Sequence record: NC_031934.1
Direction: 5' to 3' (one strand)
Origin: Escherichia phage MX01
Length of the DNA stretch: 64,000 nucleotides
In this document: positions 9,496-19,246 of the stretch, in pieces
Position numbering within the stretch: the first letter of the stretch is position 1
Layout of the letters: every line of letters starts with the position of its first letter
The notes under the pieces: generated by a model
The model's input: only the letters and a program-made list of their open reading frames with translations
Database searches by the model: none
What the model was told of the DNA's origin: nothing
Translations under genes and position numbers: made by a program

Positions 9496-9674
9496 AATTT
9501 AATTTCCTTAGCTATCGAACAAAACACACTACGGTCACACACCATCAATGGAATATTTTTATGGTCCAGTACACGATACCATACGTCTGAATCACTAGCA
9601 GCAATTACACGAACCGCACGTCCATTTATCAAATAATACTGGTCGGCTTTAATTTCTTTATCTTGGATAGTCAT
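9492..9674 (-). CDS. hypothetical protein
   Basis: 60-aa ORF. Confidence 0.3.
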   Translation of the reverse strand: MTIQDKEIKADQYYLINGRAVRVIAASDSDVWYRVLDHKNIPLMVCDRSVFCSIAKEIKL

Positions 9675-9703
9675 AATGGTCTCCTCATGTGTTGATAGGA
9701 TAG

Positions 9704-9732
9704 ACTATAACACGCGAGGAGAGGAAGTAAAC
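9704..9732 (-). promoter_or_regulatory. T4-type early promoter-like element (GTTTAC ... TTATAG)
   Basis: Minus-strand motif upstream of ORF 9492..9674. Confidence 0.35.
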
Positions 9733-9733
9733 A

Positions 9734-10051
9734 CTAATCTTCAATTAAATCTCGGTCATAGCCAAGTTCAATCAAAAGTGACTTAAAGGCAGGAATATTT
9801 TCTATTTTCTTATTATCGACAAATATGACAGGGTAGCGTATCGCTAAGCTCTTGAAGCCAGCACGTTTGGCCAATGATACTATAAGAGGCTTGTCATATA
9901 CTGCGCCTGACGGCGTCTGGTTAATCACAGGATAGAAAGTATGCGGGATAGAAAGGGAATTTAGGAGCGATAGAACTGCAATGCACCCTGGACAGCGCAT
10001 GACTGTCTCAGGGATACCGTAAATCTCAATTTTAGTTAACTTTTGGCCCAC
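9734..10051 (-). CDS. glutaredoxin/thioredoxin-fold protein with CPGC motif
   Basis: 105 aa; KIEIYG...CPGC...; distinct from NrdC at 12335..12598. Confidence 0.4.
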   Translation of the reverse strand: MGQKLTKIEIYGIPETVMRCPGCIAVLSLLNSLSIPHTFYPVINQTPSGAVYDKPLIVSLAKRAGFKSLAIRYPVIFVDNKKIENIPAFKSLLIELGYDRDLIED

Positions 10052-10328
10052 AGGAAATCACTCCTTGGTAGTCCCAGGTTTTTAGAACTTCGTCATCAAC
10101 AGTTTCATAAGGAACATAAATCTGAATAAGGAACCCAGTATCATCAAAAGAGAAGTAGACAGTAGGTTTAATACCATGAATCTCTGACAGAGCATAGATG
10201 TCCTTGAGGTCGTCTTCCTTACCTTTAAAGAATTCGGGATTCAGGTCACAGTCATGGAAGTACCAATCATCACCAAACTTGTCCCAAGCACCCCAATCAG
10301 TAGCTACATATTCTTCAAAACGTTTCAT
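10032..10328 (-). CDS. hypothetical protein
   Basis: 98-aa acidic ORF. Confidence 0.4.
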   Translation of the reverse strand: MKRFEEYVATDWGAWDKFGDDWYFHDCDLNPEFFKGKEDDLKDIYALSEIHGIKPTVYFSFDDTGFLIQIYVPYETVDDEVLKTWDYQGVISCGPKVN

Positions 10329-10552
10329 TCTTTCACCTTCATCATTTTAGAAATAACACCGTGGACAGACTGGATTCGTTTTTCGAACTCAGACCCTTCA
10401 AGACCTTTTTCAGTACTCAGGGCACCGATAATAACAAACAGTAATCCAAACGGGATGACCAGGATTAAAAGGCACACGATAAACAGGACAAATGTAATAT
10501 TGGCCAGGATATCAGAAACAGCATTACGAAATTTGTTCATTAAAGAACCCAC
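10325..10552 (-). CDS. hypothetical small membrane protein
   Basis: 75 aa with a long hydrophobic segment. Confidence 0.4.
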   Translation of the reverse strand: MGSLMNKFRNAVSDILANITFVLFIVCLLILVIPFGLLFVIIGALSTEKGLEGSEFEKRIQSVHGVISKMMKVKE

Positions 10553-10661
10553 ATGTTAGTTACAACAAATAACCATTGAGCAGGATACTCAACACCCATA
10601 ATACGAACCGCATCGTTCAGAGATTCGGCTAAAGCATAAAATGTATAGCCATAAAAATTAA

Positions 10662-11135
10662 TCATTTAAGCGATTTCCTCAGTTGTTTTTTGAATGAATC
10701 CACCATTTGTTTCTTAGTGGCAGATTCATTATAAGACATTCCGTGTGAAAGCATTTCAGCAATCATTTCTTCCTTACCCAACCTGCTGAACTCTTTGGTT
10801 TTATCAGGAACGAAATTAGGATGAATATTGTTTTCAGTATAATCAGCTTTCAGATAGACCAGCAAATTCTCTAACCATTCGAGGTAGTCAACGTTTTGAC
10901 CTTTAAGACCAGAACGGTTGAACTTATGCTTCATTTGTCCTTCTGCAGCATTGCACAGGTTACATAGTAAACCACGAACCTTACCGGCTTTTGGCCCGTT
11001 CAATTCATGGTCGTGGTCAAGGTGGTTACTTTGAACATCAGGGTTTAATTCACGTTTACAAATCAAACACTTACCACATTGTGCATCATAAAGTTTTTGT
11101 TTTTCTTCTTTGTATAATTTGCCGGTCAACAACAT
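10662..11135 (-). CDS. 49: endonuclease VII gp49 (Holliday junction resolvase)
   Basis: 157 aa; CGKCLIC...HLDHDHELNGPKAGKVRGLLCNLCN zinc-binding/HNH-like core typical of T4 endo VII. Confidence 0.85.
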   Translation of the reverse strand: MLLTGKLYKEEKQKLYDAQCGKCLICKRELNPDVQSNHLDHDHELNGPKAGKVRGLLCNLCNAAEGQMKHKFNRSGLKGQNVDYLEWLENLLVYLKADYTENNIHPNFVPDKTKEFSRLGKEEMIAEMLSHGMSYNESATKKQMVDSFKKQLRKSLK

Positions 11136-11136
11136 A

Positions 11137-11162
11137 ATAAACCCTTACCATTATTAGATAAG
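11137..11162 (-). promoter_or_regulatory. hairpin sequestering the gene 49 Shine-Dalgarno (ACCCTTA / TAAGGGT), late-promoter-like ATAAATA just upstream
   Basis: 7-bp perfect inverted repeat whose 3' arm is the RBS 7 nt before the ATG. Confidence 0.45.
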
Positions 11163-11254
11163 GGTATTTATTAATATCCTAATAGTTTAGCAGTGCAACT
11201 TAGCACTAACAACAATCCGAATAAAACAACTCCTACCCAAAATACCGTAATAAG

Positions 11255-11431
11255 AGCCTCCATATCAGACCCCATAGAATGAACGATGCAAACGTTTAAA
11301 TTGCCGAATCATCTTTTTAGTAGGACGGGTATATAATCCTATACAGGTGGCCATAAACTGGTCAGTTGGACTTCCTTTGATAAGAAGTTTCCAGACCTTA
11401 CCGCCATTTAATTTTTCGGTATAGACTAATA
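11255..11431 (-). CDS. hypothetical small protein (58 aa, below track cutoff)
   Basis: Manual translation MKTVLVYTEKLNGGKVWKLL...; ATGA start/stop overlap with upstream ORF. Confidence 0.25.
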
Positions 11432-11437
11432 CAGTTT

Positions 11438-11740
11438 TCATGCGACCTCAAATTCATTATCATCGTTAGTCCAAAAACACCAGAATGCAGATTTAGTGCC
11501 TTCATACATTTCTTTGGTGTATTCATATACCTTACCGTTGAACTCAATAGCAGTCACACCAATGATTTCAGGATTACCCCAGGGAGAAATCTCCACCTTC
11601 AAGATTTTAACTTCAGCACCTTCACAGAGCTTACCGGATTCAAAGCCGCGATTGCCGTTTAATTCAGGCCAGTCAACATAATGGTCAACGGTTTCTTCAG
11701 TAATACGAACAGTTTTACCTTCAAATTCAAATAAATTCAT
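11438..11740 (-). CDS. hypothetical protein
   Basis: 100-aa ORF. Confidence 0.4.
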   Translation of the reverse strand: MNLFEFEGKTVRITEETVDHYVDWPELNGNRGFESGKLCEGAEVKILKVEISPWGNPEIIGVTAIEFNGKVYEYTKEMYEGTKSAFWCFWTNDDNEFEVA

Positions 11741-11955
11741 CAGAATACCTCATCAGAAAAGCGAAGTTGAGATTCAAGCCAATGGATATAGTCAGCGGCA
11801 GCTTTAATCAAATCGGATTCTAGGTCAGGTAAAGAACCTGAATCCGACAACTCGTAAAGCGAATGTTCAATCAGACGGCCTTTATGACGGCCAACTTCAA
11901 TTTTGGTACTCATATCCAAACTCCATATCGATGAAATCATTGTTTGAAGGTTCAT
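11740..11955 (-). CDS. hypothetical protein
   Basis: 71-aa ORF. Confidence 0.35.
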   Translation of the reverse strand: MNLQTMISSIWSLDMSTKIEVGRHKGRLIEHSLYELSDSGSLPDLESDLIKAAADYIHWLESQLRFSDEVF

Positions 11956-12029
11956 TATACTCTATTTCGGAATCGTTGTAAACCGGTTCCTCTGGCCCGG
12001 TAGTTTCCCACCGAGCGACATACCATGGC

Positions 12030-12338
12030 TTAACGGTCACACCACCAACTAGATACTTCAAAATCGGGTTCACCATCTTCCCAATACCAAGGACCAATTG
12101 GGTGCCAATCACCGTGTTCATCTTCTTCAAATTCTTCGGATTCAAGCCCAACGTATTGCCATTGGACTTCATAAGCAGTACCACCGATTACAACGGTGTT
12201 CTCACCATATGGGTGAGCTACAGCAAAGTCTATACCTTCTGCTTTAGCCAACCAAACCATATATTCATATAGTTTATATTCCAGGTCATCTTCGGTGCCA
12301 TCACCTAGAAAAATGGTTTGTTCGTTTAATTCAATCAT
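12030..12338 (-). CDS. hypothetical acidic protein
   Basis: 102-aa ORF, overlaps nrdC stop. Confidence 0.4.
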   Translation of the reverse strand: MIELNEQTIFLGDGTEDDLEYKLYEYMVWLAKAEGIDFAVAHPYGENTVVIGGTAYEVQWQYVGLESEEFEEDEHGDWHPIGPWYWEDGEPDFEVSSWWCDR

Positions 12339-12598
12339 TTGAAATACGCTCGCAGCTGGTCAAACCCACCAATATGACTTCCGTCTGGAGCGAATACCTG
12401 AGGCATAGTCAAACCGACCTGAGATTCGCGTCCAAGTGCAGTCAAGAGTTCAGCAATCTTCTCATCATCAAACACGCCTTTTTCCGGCATCACGTTAATG
12501 AATTCGTAAGGTTGTTTCTTAACATCAAGCAGACGTTTGGCATTATCACAGAAAACACAACGGTGAATATTTGAATCGTAACCATAAACTTTAAACAT
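12335..12598 (-). CDS. nrdC: thioredoxin/glutaredoxin NrdC
   Basis: 87 aa; MFKVYGYDSNIHRCVFCDNAKRLL... CxxC active site; collinear with T4 NrdC. Confidence 0.85.
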   Translation of the reverse strand: MFKVYGYDSNIHRCVFCDNAKRLLDVKKQPYEFINVMPEKGVFDDEKIAELLTALGRESQVGLTMPQVFAPDGSHIGGFDQLRAYFK

Positions 12599-12599
12599 T

Positions 12600-12836
12600 T
12601 TAAATTCCTAATATTTGTTTGAATGCTTCAGAACGGTCAAGTTCTGTTCCGTATTTTTCCATGTGCTCATATTTTAAATCATACACATCAGATAGTATAT
12701 TATTATACGAGCGAGTTAAAGCAGATTTCAATACTGAATAACTGTCCGGAAATTTACCGTGCTCTTTATAATAAGCTAGAGTAAGTTCGCGGACTGCCTT
12801 ATCGGCAGCCTCTACATATTCTTTACGCTTTGCCAT
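12600..12836 (-). CDS. hypothetical protein
   Basis: ORF with start set at internal MAKRKEY. Confidence 0.35.
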   Translation of the reverse strand: MAKRKEYVEAADKAVRELTLAYYKEHGKFPDSYSVLKSALTRSYNNILSDVYDLKYEHMEKYGTELDRSEAFKQILGI

Positions 12837-13161
12837 TTTCGTCTCGCTCAAATTTGTGTTTACAATGGCGGCATTTGTAACGAAGATTACTAGTCTGCCA
12901 ATGGACCAATTGGACCTGTTCTGTACCGCACTCAGGACAGTTAGGAACATTCTTAGAAGATTGTTCTCGTCGTGCGACCATAGCCATCACAGCGTCCCAA
13001 TTAACAGGGCTATAATCATCACAGCCATGAATTTTACCAACCAATTCAACTTCAACATCAGCGGCTTTAATAAATTTTAAAAGACCTTTATTAAGCCCCG
13101 CTGCGGGGGTCCATTCTGGAAATGCAGTTTCTGCAATATCTTCAGCTAAACGTTGTTTCAT
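12823..13161 (-). CDS. hypothetical zinc-ribbon protein
   Basis: 112 aa; CPECG...CRHC pair. Confidence 0.4.
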   Translation of the reverse strand: MKQRLAEDIAETAFPEWTPAAGLNKGLLKFIKAADVEVELVGKIHGCDDYSPVNWDAVMAMVARREQSSKNVPNCPECGTEQVQLVHWQTSNLRYKCRHCKHKFERDENGKA

Positions 13162-14207
13162 TTCAGCAGCTCCAGAGCCTGTTCAAGACGGTCTAAACGA
13201 TTGGTAGACTCTTCCCAAAGTTTCTTGGCAGCGGTATATTGCCCGGTCAGTTTTTTGTTGATATCAAGGGCATCTTTATACGCTTTTTCTAAGGCAACGA
13301 CTTCTGGTAACTTGGATTTAGTAATTGGTGTAGGGGCCATGATAGGGCTGTTCAAGTCGTTAATCAAGTCTTCTAATGTAGCAGGCTCTTTATCAGTATT
13401 CACAATTTCCTCACATTTTTCTTGGTAAATTTCAGCGTCAGTTTTTGGAACGGTACATTTGATTTCACGGACTGTTACTAAGACCTCATATCCTTTCCAG
13501 CCTAAGTGGTGTTTAACTTCTTGGGTCTCATATTTCTCTACGGTATCCATCAGAGCTAAAGCTTGTTCGATAGTATTCAAGGTATCGTAAGCAATATCTT
13601 GATACTTTACAACTTCCGCATCATCTTTAGGTTTCCTATTAGGTGACCAAATAACAGAAATAATAGCTTTTCCTTTATAACTATTTGTTTTAATCATGCA
13701 ATTAGCCATCGGGTGAATAGTACGACAATCACCGGAAACTATAGTTTTAGAGGCCGCTTTGAGAATTAATGCAGAGTTAGCCTTGAATTCGCTAACCCAA
13801 CGTTGCGGAAATAAACTATTAGGGTCCATACCTTTAATTTTGATATAACCTTTTATGGTATCACCAAACCATTTGTAGCTAACAACACGGTTGGAACCTG
13901 GATATTTCTCTTTGCCAAACTCTGAAAGGATGTCCTTATTGACCAGGCGCGAAAGCAGTCGAGAACCTTTAAATGTTTTAATGATATCATGAATGCACAA
14001 ACGGCCTGCAATCTTTTCGATTTCAGCTTTGAAACAGCGCGATAATGCATCATCAATTTGGTCGACCCATTTATTGATATTAGAAACTATTACCTCGTAT
14101 GGGGTTAACGGAGGGGTGTTGGTAGTGATATACGTAGTAAAGGCATTGATGTATTCAGTACGAGTCATGATATTCTCCTCAGTAGATTTAAAAAGATTAT
14201 ACTCCAT
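13158..14207 (-). CDS. hypothetical protein
   Basis: 349-aa ORF, no recognisable motif. Confidence 0.45.
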   Translation of the reverse strand: MEYNLFKSTEENIMTRTEYINAFTTYITTNTPPLTPYEVIVSNINKWVDQIDDALSRCFKAEIEKIAGRLCIHDIIKTFKGSRLLSRLVNKDILSEFGKEKYPGSNRVVSYKWFGDTIKGYIKIKGMDPNSLFPQRWVSEFKANSALILKAASKTIVSGDCRTIHPMANCMIKTNSYKGKAIISVIWSPNRKPKDDAEVVKYQDIAYDTLNTIEQALALMDTVEKYETQEVKHHLGWKGYEVLVTVREIKCTVPKTDAEIYQEKCEEIVNTDKEPATLEDLINDLNSPIMAPTPITKSKLPEVVALEKAYKDALDINKKLTGQYTAAKKLWEESTNRLDRLEQALELLK

Positions 14208-14226
14208 CCGTCCTTGGATGTAAACA

Positions 14227-15126
14227 TTATTTTAGAGCTAATACTGCCGCGCGGAGCTTGTCACGCTGGAGTTCCATGTTCTTGATGCGAATCAATACGT
14301 CTTGGATACTCTTTTTCTCATCTTCGATCTGACCGTTTAAACGGTGGATTGATTCCTGGAGGTGGTCCTCATGATACTTCTCGATAGGTTTCATCGTAGG
14401 GTTAGTAACCACCATAGAATTCTCAGGCTTGATTTTCCACTGATACTGTTTGGAATTGAATGGACTAGGCACAGCCGTGGTTTTGAATTTGTCATAGGCT
14501 GCATATTGGCCTACGCTATCACATGATACCGCAGAGGTAGAGATACGTCGTTCCATTTGTGGGTCCTTTTGTTGGGATTGATAAGGGGCGTAAGACAAAA
14601 GATATTCGCGAGTTAGTTTAATATTAAAATAAACTGCATCGGGCCGTCCGGAACAATCAGCATATTCATCTGTTGTAACCTTATATGATTCTACGGCCTT
14701 AATACGAGTCATTGCTTCTCTGAATAAGGTTTCAAATGCTCCACGAAGGGCCTTATTACCTTTTGAGGTAGGACGGAAACGAACTTGAATACCGTCAGCC
14801 AAAATATTAATGACTAGGTTACGAGCCGTAAAATTAATATTCTTGATATTGATATGAACCGTAGAAATACGTCCTGCGGTAGCCAAGAGGTCTTTGATAT
14901 TAGCTCGCAATGTTGCGCCGAACAGGTGGGCCGGGCAACGGCAATAATCGTTCAAAGAACTAATATAAGTCCCTTTACGTCCTACACCATAAGTATAATT
15001 ACCATTACAAATATGGCCAAAGTCGGCCAGACGGTCAATAGCGATACGACGTGTGGTATCAAAATCATATCGGGAATATTCTTTACGTGTTTTAATGTTC
15101 ATATTAAAGTCCAAATAATTTTTCAT
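14227..15126 (-). CDS. hypothetical protein
   Basis: 299-aa ORF, no recognisable motif. Confidence 0.45.
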   Translation of the reverse strand: MKNYLDFNMNIKTRKEYSRYDFDTTRRIAIDRLADFGHICNGNYTYGVGRKGTYISSLNDYCRCPAHLFGATLRANIKDLLATAGRISTVHINIKNINFTARNLVINILADGIQVRFRPTSKGNKALRGAFETLFREAMTRIKAVESYKVTTDEYADCSGRPDAVYFNIKLTREYLLSYAPYQSQQKDPQMERRISTSAVSCDSVGQYAAYDKFKTTAVPSPFNSKQYQWKIKPENSMVVTNPTMKPIEKYHEDHLQESIHRLNGQIEDEKKSIQDVLIRIKNMELQRDKLRAAVLALK

Positions 15127-15304
15127 AGAATTTAGCGATTGGCCAGGTTATAATAAAAACTATCCCAAATATAGCAAGAACTGGCCAGATAAAGGTGGCA
15201 AACACTGCTTCACCACCTGAGTTAATTTCCATATGATTACGACCAATAAGGACAGTAATGAATCCTAATGCAAGGTACAGAAGAATAAAACCTGCGATTT
15301 CCAT
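15104..15304 (-). CDS. hypothetical small membrane protein
   Basis: 66 aa, two hydrophobic helices. Confidence 0.4.
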   Translation of the reverse strand: MEIAGFILLYLALGFITVLIGRNHMEINSGGEAVFATFIWPVLAIFGIVFIITWPIAKFYEKLFGL

Positions 15305-15306
15305 AA

Positions 15307-16149
15307 TTAATCCTTAAGAAGATTTAAAATATCTGTATATTTTTGACGTTCAGCCTTAGCTTTAGCGTTCAGACCAGAGAGTCGGAAAATCTCATCGTCT
15401 TGTTGCTGAATTGTAACATTCAAGCAAGTAAGCAAATTGCTAAAATACTCGATTTGAGCTTGATGCTTCTCATTGCTGCGCACTGGTACAGGTTCCATTT
15501 TAGGAGCTTCTGAATGATTCTTAACTTCATTACCCGGCTTAACAAGTTTAATACGCCAGCCTGTACTGGTATTAACATTATCGAAGGTAAGAATACCGCT
15601 ACGTTCTAGTTCAGACAAAGCCAATCGAAGATGGAACTCCCAGTTGTCATATTGACAACCACTAAAAGTTGAAGTAAGATACTCGTTTTCGTTACCTGGT
15701 TGGTTGACAATATTAAAGATAATCCAATCACCTGAACCATTAGTCTTAAATGGCATTTGCTTATCTTTACCTAAAGCTAGACGAGCACCCAGTGCTAGTA
15801 AACGACGTTGGTTAGTACGAAGGTCTTTAACAACTTCATCAAATGACATCGCCGGGATTAAACGACCATAGAGGTCATAGCCTTTGTTATAATTTCTAAG
15901 AATAATTCTGGCGTTAGCACGAGTCAACATACCGGCCCTGTGAAGAGATTTCATGACTCGGTCTTCTAACGTAAACAAACCTTTAGTCTTGTCAAAGATT
16001 TTAGTGAATTCATCTACAGAAATACAAACTTCAAACTTTTCCCACATCATGGCCAAAACCTTTTCAACCACTTCTTTATTCAGTGGAATACGACCAAATT
16101 TAATAACTTTTTTAACTTCAGAACGAATTTGATTAATTGCCTGTGACAT
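15307..16149 (-). CDS. hypothetical protein
   Basis: 280 aa; shares exact upstream cassette and MSQAI N-terminus with ORF 8337..8666. Confidence 0.45.
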   Translation of the reverse strand: MSQAINQIRSEVKKVIKFGRIPLNKEVVEKVLAMMWEKFEVCISVDEFTKIFDKTKGLFTLEDRVMKSLHRAGMLTRANARIILRNYNKGYDLYGRLIPAMSFDEVVKDLRTNQRRLLALGARLALGKDKQMPFKTNGSGDWIIFNIVNQPGNENEYLTSTFSGCQYDNWEFHLRLALSELERSGILTFDNVNTSTGWRIKLVKPGNEVKNHSEAPKMEPVPVRSNEKHQAQIEYFSNLLTCLNVTIQQQDDEIFRLSGLNAKAKAERQKYTDILNLLKD

Positions 16150-16212
16150 AATAATTTCCTCAGTAAGTAATTAAGAACCTAGAACCATTATACCATCCTT
16201 GGTATAAAGCGT

Positions 16213-16737
16213 TTATGCGAGAACCGTCTTTAAACGCTCTTCAAATTTCTGAAGCAGAGCTTGGCGTTCAGCTCGTTGTGATTTGTACTGCTCGATACGA
16301 CCTGAAGTGAGGGCGTACTGTTCGTTTACTGATTCCCGCATGAATTCAGGAATCTCTTTACAAGCTTTGATTTCGTCAAACTTATCAATAACAGCTTGTT
16401 GTTCAGCAATCAGATTATCGAAATAAGCGATATCAGATTTAACGTTTGCCAGGTCGGATTCGGTAGGCATTAAACGTTTGTTACGTTCAGCTTGATAAGC
16501 TTGATTGGTTTCACGACTCCAGTGAAGAGTACGTTTTTTGTTGGTGTTTTTATAGAGCTCTACAATACCAACTGAATCGATGATAACAATCCAGTTCCAA
16601 CGGCTTTTGTAAATCTCTCCTCCAGATACGGTAATCTCATTACCGCAAGCAACGTCGTTAAAGAACTTGCTTTGTTTTTCAGATTTGAAATTACCATTAT
16701 TAAAATTAATCAGTGAAAAAATATCTTTAGCGTTCAT
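16213..16737 (-). CDS. hypothetical protein
   Basis: 174-aa ORF with early promoter and GGAGG RBS upstream. Confidence 0.45.
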   Translation of the reverse strand: MNAKDIFSLINFNNGNFKSEKQSKFFNDVACGNEITVSGGEIYKSRWNWIVIIDSVGIVELYKNTNKKRTLHWSRETNQAYQAERNKRLMPTESDLANVKSDIAYFDNLIAEQQAVIDKFDEIKACKEIPEFMRESVNEQYALTSGRIEQYKSQRAERQALLQKFEERLKTVLA

Positions 16738-16763
16738 GATAACCTCCAGTAGTTGATAGGTCT

Positions 16764-16792
16764 ATAGTATCATTTCTACCGGAGATGTAAAC
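16764..16792 (-). promoter_or_regulatory. T4-type early promoter (GTTTAC, 17 bp, TACTAT)
   Basis: Minus-strand motif; conserved AGACCTATCAAC just downstream of -10. Confidence 0.5.
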
Positions 16793-16794
16793 AA

Positions 16795-17136
16795 CTAATA
16801 GAAACTTTTTTCACCGGCTTGACCACTAAACCATGCGGATTGAGTGTTCTCTTTCCGTTGGTGTTCAATACGAATGCGATATTCATTCCTGATGGCGCAG
16901 AGTTCATCTCGGAAGTCGCCTGCCAACTTTACCTGCTTGCGGTCTAGATTTATTAAGGCCTGGGTGTTAACGGCCAAGCGCAGTCTCCTGAAGTCTCCTC
17001 CACTACACGGATTTTTATAGAATTTCTCAGAAAACTTAGTACTACATTCATTAGTATAGTCTTCAACAGACTGTTTCATAGCTTTGGAAAAAGTCTGACC
17101 TGCGTTATAAAGATTGTAAATAAATTGTTCAAACAT
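16795..17136 (-). CDS. hypothetical protein
   Basis: 113-aa ORF. Confidence 0.4.
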   Translation of the reverse strand: MFEQFIYNLYNAGQTFSKAMKQSVEDYTNECSTKFSEKFYKNPCSGGDFRRLRLAVNTQALINLDRKQVKLAGDFRDELCAIRNEYRIRIEHQRKENTQSAWFSGQAGEKSFY

Positions 17137-17145
17137 AATTCACCC

Positions 17146-18165
17146 TTATTTCAGAAGTGTAACTTCAGCGATTTCGCTCCAGTCATTTTTATCGGTGGCA
17201 ATGAAGTCCGCCAGATAAAGAGCTGTACGTAATGATACGTTACGAAGACGAGATACATTAGCCTTCATCCATGCTAAAGCTTGATAAGTCTCAGCATCAG
17301 TCAGACCTCGATTTTGCATCATATCAGTGGACAGGATAACGTCTTCAACACGAACCATAATCTCTTCGTTAGAGTGAACTCCAAGGTCTAAGTAAACTGA
17401 ACGAGATACTAAAGCCTGGAGGTGTGGAGCAAGTTTAGTTCCACGCTCTAATTCACGGTCGATATCAACGTTGGTGATGAACACGATGGTGCCTTCGTAT
17501 TCGAATTCTTTATCGATGTTTTTATCATCGAGGTAAGAACTTGAAGTGCTCCAGCACACCTTACGTTTTTCACCAGTATCCAATGCTGCTTTTAACAGGT
17601 TCAGGATATCCATATCAGAGAATACATCAACATCATCAATAAGAAGAACACTATTAGGGCCGCGGTTATTCCAAAGCTGCTCGTAAAGACCGATTCCACT
17701 AATCTTTCCGTTGATTGATTTATATTCGATAGTTTCATTTTCGTGGGCATTCTGTAATGCTTTATCCAAAGAATACGTTTTACCAATACCTGCGGCACCA
17801 GAGATGATAAGGGAACGAATTTTACCATCGATGATTCCATTAGTCATCATGTTCATTACTTTAAAACGTTTGTTAATGCGATGTTTCATTTCTTCAGCGG
17901 ATTCAGTAACCATTGCAGGAGCTCCAGCACCTTCGGTTTCGATATCACATTTGAACACCCATACACCACGTTCAACACCATCAATCTGTACGAATACCTT
18001 GCCATCACCTAGGTGAGCTTCGGATTCATGAATTTTATTAGGGAACCAGGTTTTACCTGAACTCATGAACGTACCGGAGATTACATTACCGCGATAGATA
18101 CCTTTGTTGATTTTGATAGTTAACATTATATTCTCCATTTCACTCAGTAGATTTGATAGGTCCAT
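17146..18165 (-). CDS. AAA+/P-loop ATPase with N-terminal domain of unknown function
   Basis: 339 aa; Walker A ISGAAGIGKT, Walker B VLLIDDVD, sensor-like TIVFITN. Confidence 0.55.
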   Translation of the reverse strand: MDLSNLLSEMENIMLTIKINKGIYRGNVISGTFMSSGKTWFPNKIHESEAHLGDGKVFVQIDGVERGVWVFKCDIETEGAGAPAMVTESAEEMKHRINKRFKVMNMMTNGIIDGKIRSLIISGAAGIGKTYSLDKALQNAHENETIEYKSINGKISGIGLYEQLWNNRGPNSVLLIDDVDVFSDMDILNLLKAALDTGEKRKVCWSTSSSYLDDKNIDKEFEYEGTIVFITNVDIDRELERGTKLAPHLQALVSRSVYLDLGVHSNEEIMVRVEDVILSTDMMQNRGLTDAETYQALAWMKANVSRLRNVSLRTALYLADFIATDKNDWSEIAEVTLLK

Positions 18166-18192
18166 AATAACATGCTCTACGAGAGTGTAAAC
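18165..18192 (-). promoter_or_regulatory. T4-type early promoter (GTTTAC, 16 bp, TATTAT)
   Basis: Minus-strand motif directly upstream of ATPase gene. Confidence 0.45.
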
Positions 18193-18212
18193 TCTTTTTT
18201 TGCACTAAACCC

Positions 18213-18234
18213 AAAAAAGGCCCGAAGGCCTTTT
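18213..18234 (-). terminator. rho-independent terminator hairpin (GGCC-CGAA-GGCC flanked by A and T runs)
   Basis: Directly after stop of ORF 18236..19246. Confidence 0.5.
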
Positions 18235-18235
18235 A

Positions 18236-19246
18236 TCATTTATAATACGAGTTATGGTTTTCTAGGTATACCTCTTCGACGAACTTGTCCCAGAACTTCA
18301 TGTCTACCTTAGCAGGCATACCGTTCTTAGATGCCTGGATGGCTAGGACTTCAACCAAATCAACAGTATCTTCAAGAAGTTCTTGAACTTCTTTAAATGG
18401 TAATTCACCGGCTTTAATCAGCTTAATGATAGAGGCTTCGCGCAATGGGAACACCAGGTCGCCTGTTTGGTAGATTTCTAACAATTGATACCCTGCGCGA
18501 TAAGCATGGCTCAGAGCTTTCCAGTCAATACCTTCGTTAGCTTCAGCTTTACGGGCCCGTTCACCATATTCCGCATCGAGCTTATTCAGAGATTGCTTGA
18601 GCTCGATTAAAGATAAAGTAGTTTGGTACTTACGTCCGAGAACAGTATAGAACGTTTGAGGACCTGTTTTCTCATGGTTATGGAATACCCATTCACAGAA
18701 CTCGTTTTCAGGGAGTCGATGTTTGATATCTTCTACACGAGTACGACGTTGCTTAGTCGAACCATCTTCTTGATAATCGACCCACTGTTCAGGAATCTGG
18801 TTAACAATAGCCAGTACACCACGCAGTGCAGCTAGTCGAGAACCCTTAACACCATATTTAGAAGCTTGCTTACGGACGTACCCTAAATAGGCTTTCATGT
18901 TAGTCGTATAGAACCGAGAACGATTGTCTTGGATAAATTTCCATACATCAGGTAAATCAGATTTAACCACCATTTCAGGTGGAGTGTGGAGCATATCCAG
19001 AGCAACGGTTTCGCCATCTGCCGCCAGTTTAAAGAAATATTTCAGACTGTAAAGCTCATGGTCAACATCATCTTTAGTGTTTTTGGAAGCAGTGTTATTC
19101 GTGTTCAGGTTGGTATGGTTCATTGCCGTACCCAACAGAATATCACGCGGATGTGGAACAAAGATTTCTTTAAAATCGACATCAGATTCCGGAGTACTTG
19201 TTCCATAAAGGTGGGAGCCAAAATATCCCTTCATAACTGTTCTCAT
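18236..19246 (-). CDS. Pol-beta-superfamily nucleotidyltransferase-fold protein
   Basis: 336 aa; N-terminal GS-x10-DVD (FGSHLYGTSTPESDVDF) NTase signature. Confidence 0.5.
   Translation of the reverse strand: MRTVMKGYFGSHLYGTSTPESDVDFKEIFVPHPRDILLGTAMNHTNLNTNNTASKNTKDDVDHELYSLKYFFKLAADGETVALDMLHTPPEMVVKSDLPDVWKFIQDNRSRFYTTNMKAYLGYVRKQASKYGVKGSRLAALRGVLAIVNQIPEQWVDYQEDGSTKQRRTRVEDIKHRLPENEFCEWVFHNHEKTGPQTFYTVLGRKYQTTLSLIELKQSLNKLDAEYGERARKAEANEGIDWKALSHAYRAGYQLLEIYQTGDLVFPLREASIIKLIKAGELPFKEVQELLEDTVDLVEVLAIQASKNGMPAKVDMKFWDKFVEEVYLENHNSYYK

Noticed and set aside
11897-12184. 95-aa minus-strand ORF overlapping two neighbours
   Set aside because: Overlaps ORF 11740..11955 and ORF 12030..12338 by tens to >100 nt in other frames; both neighbours have more phage-like composition.
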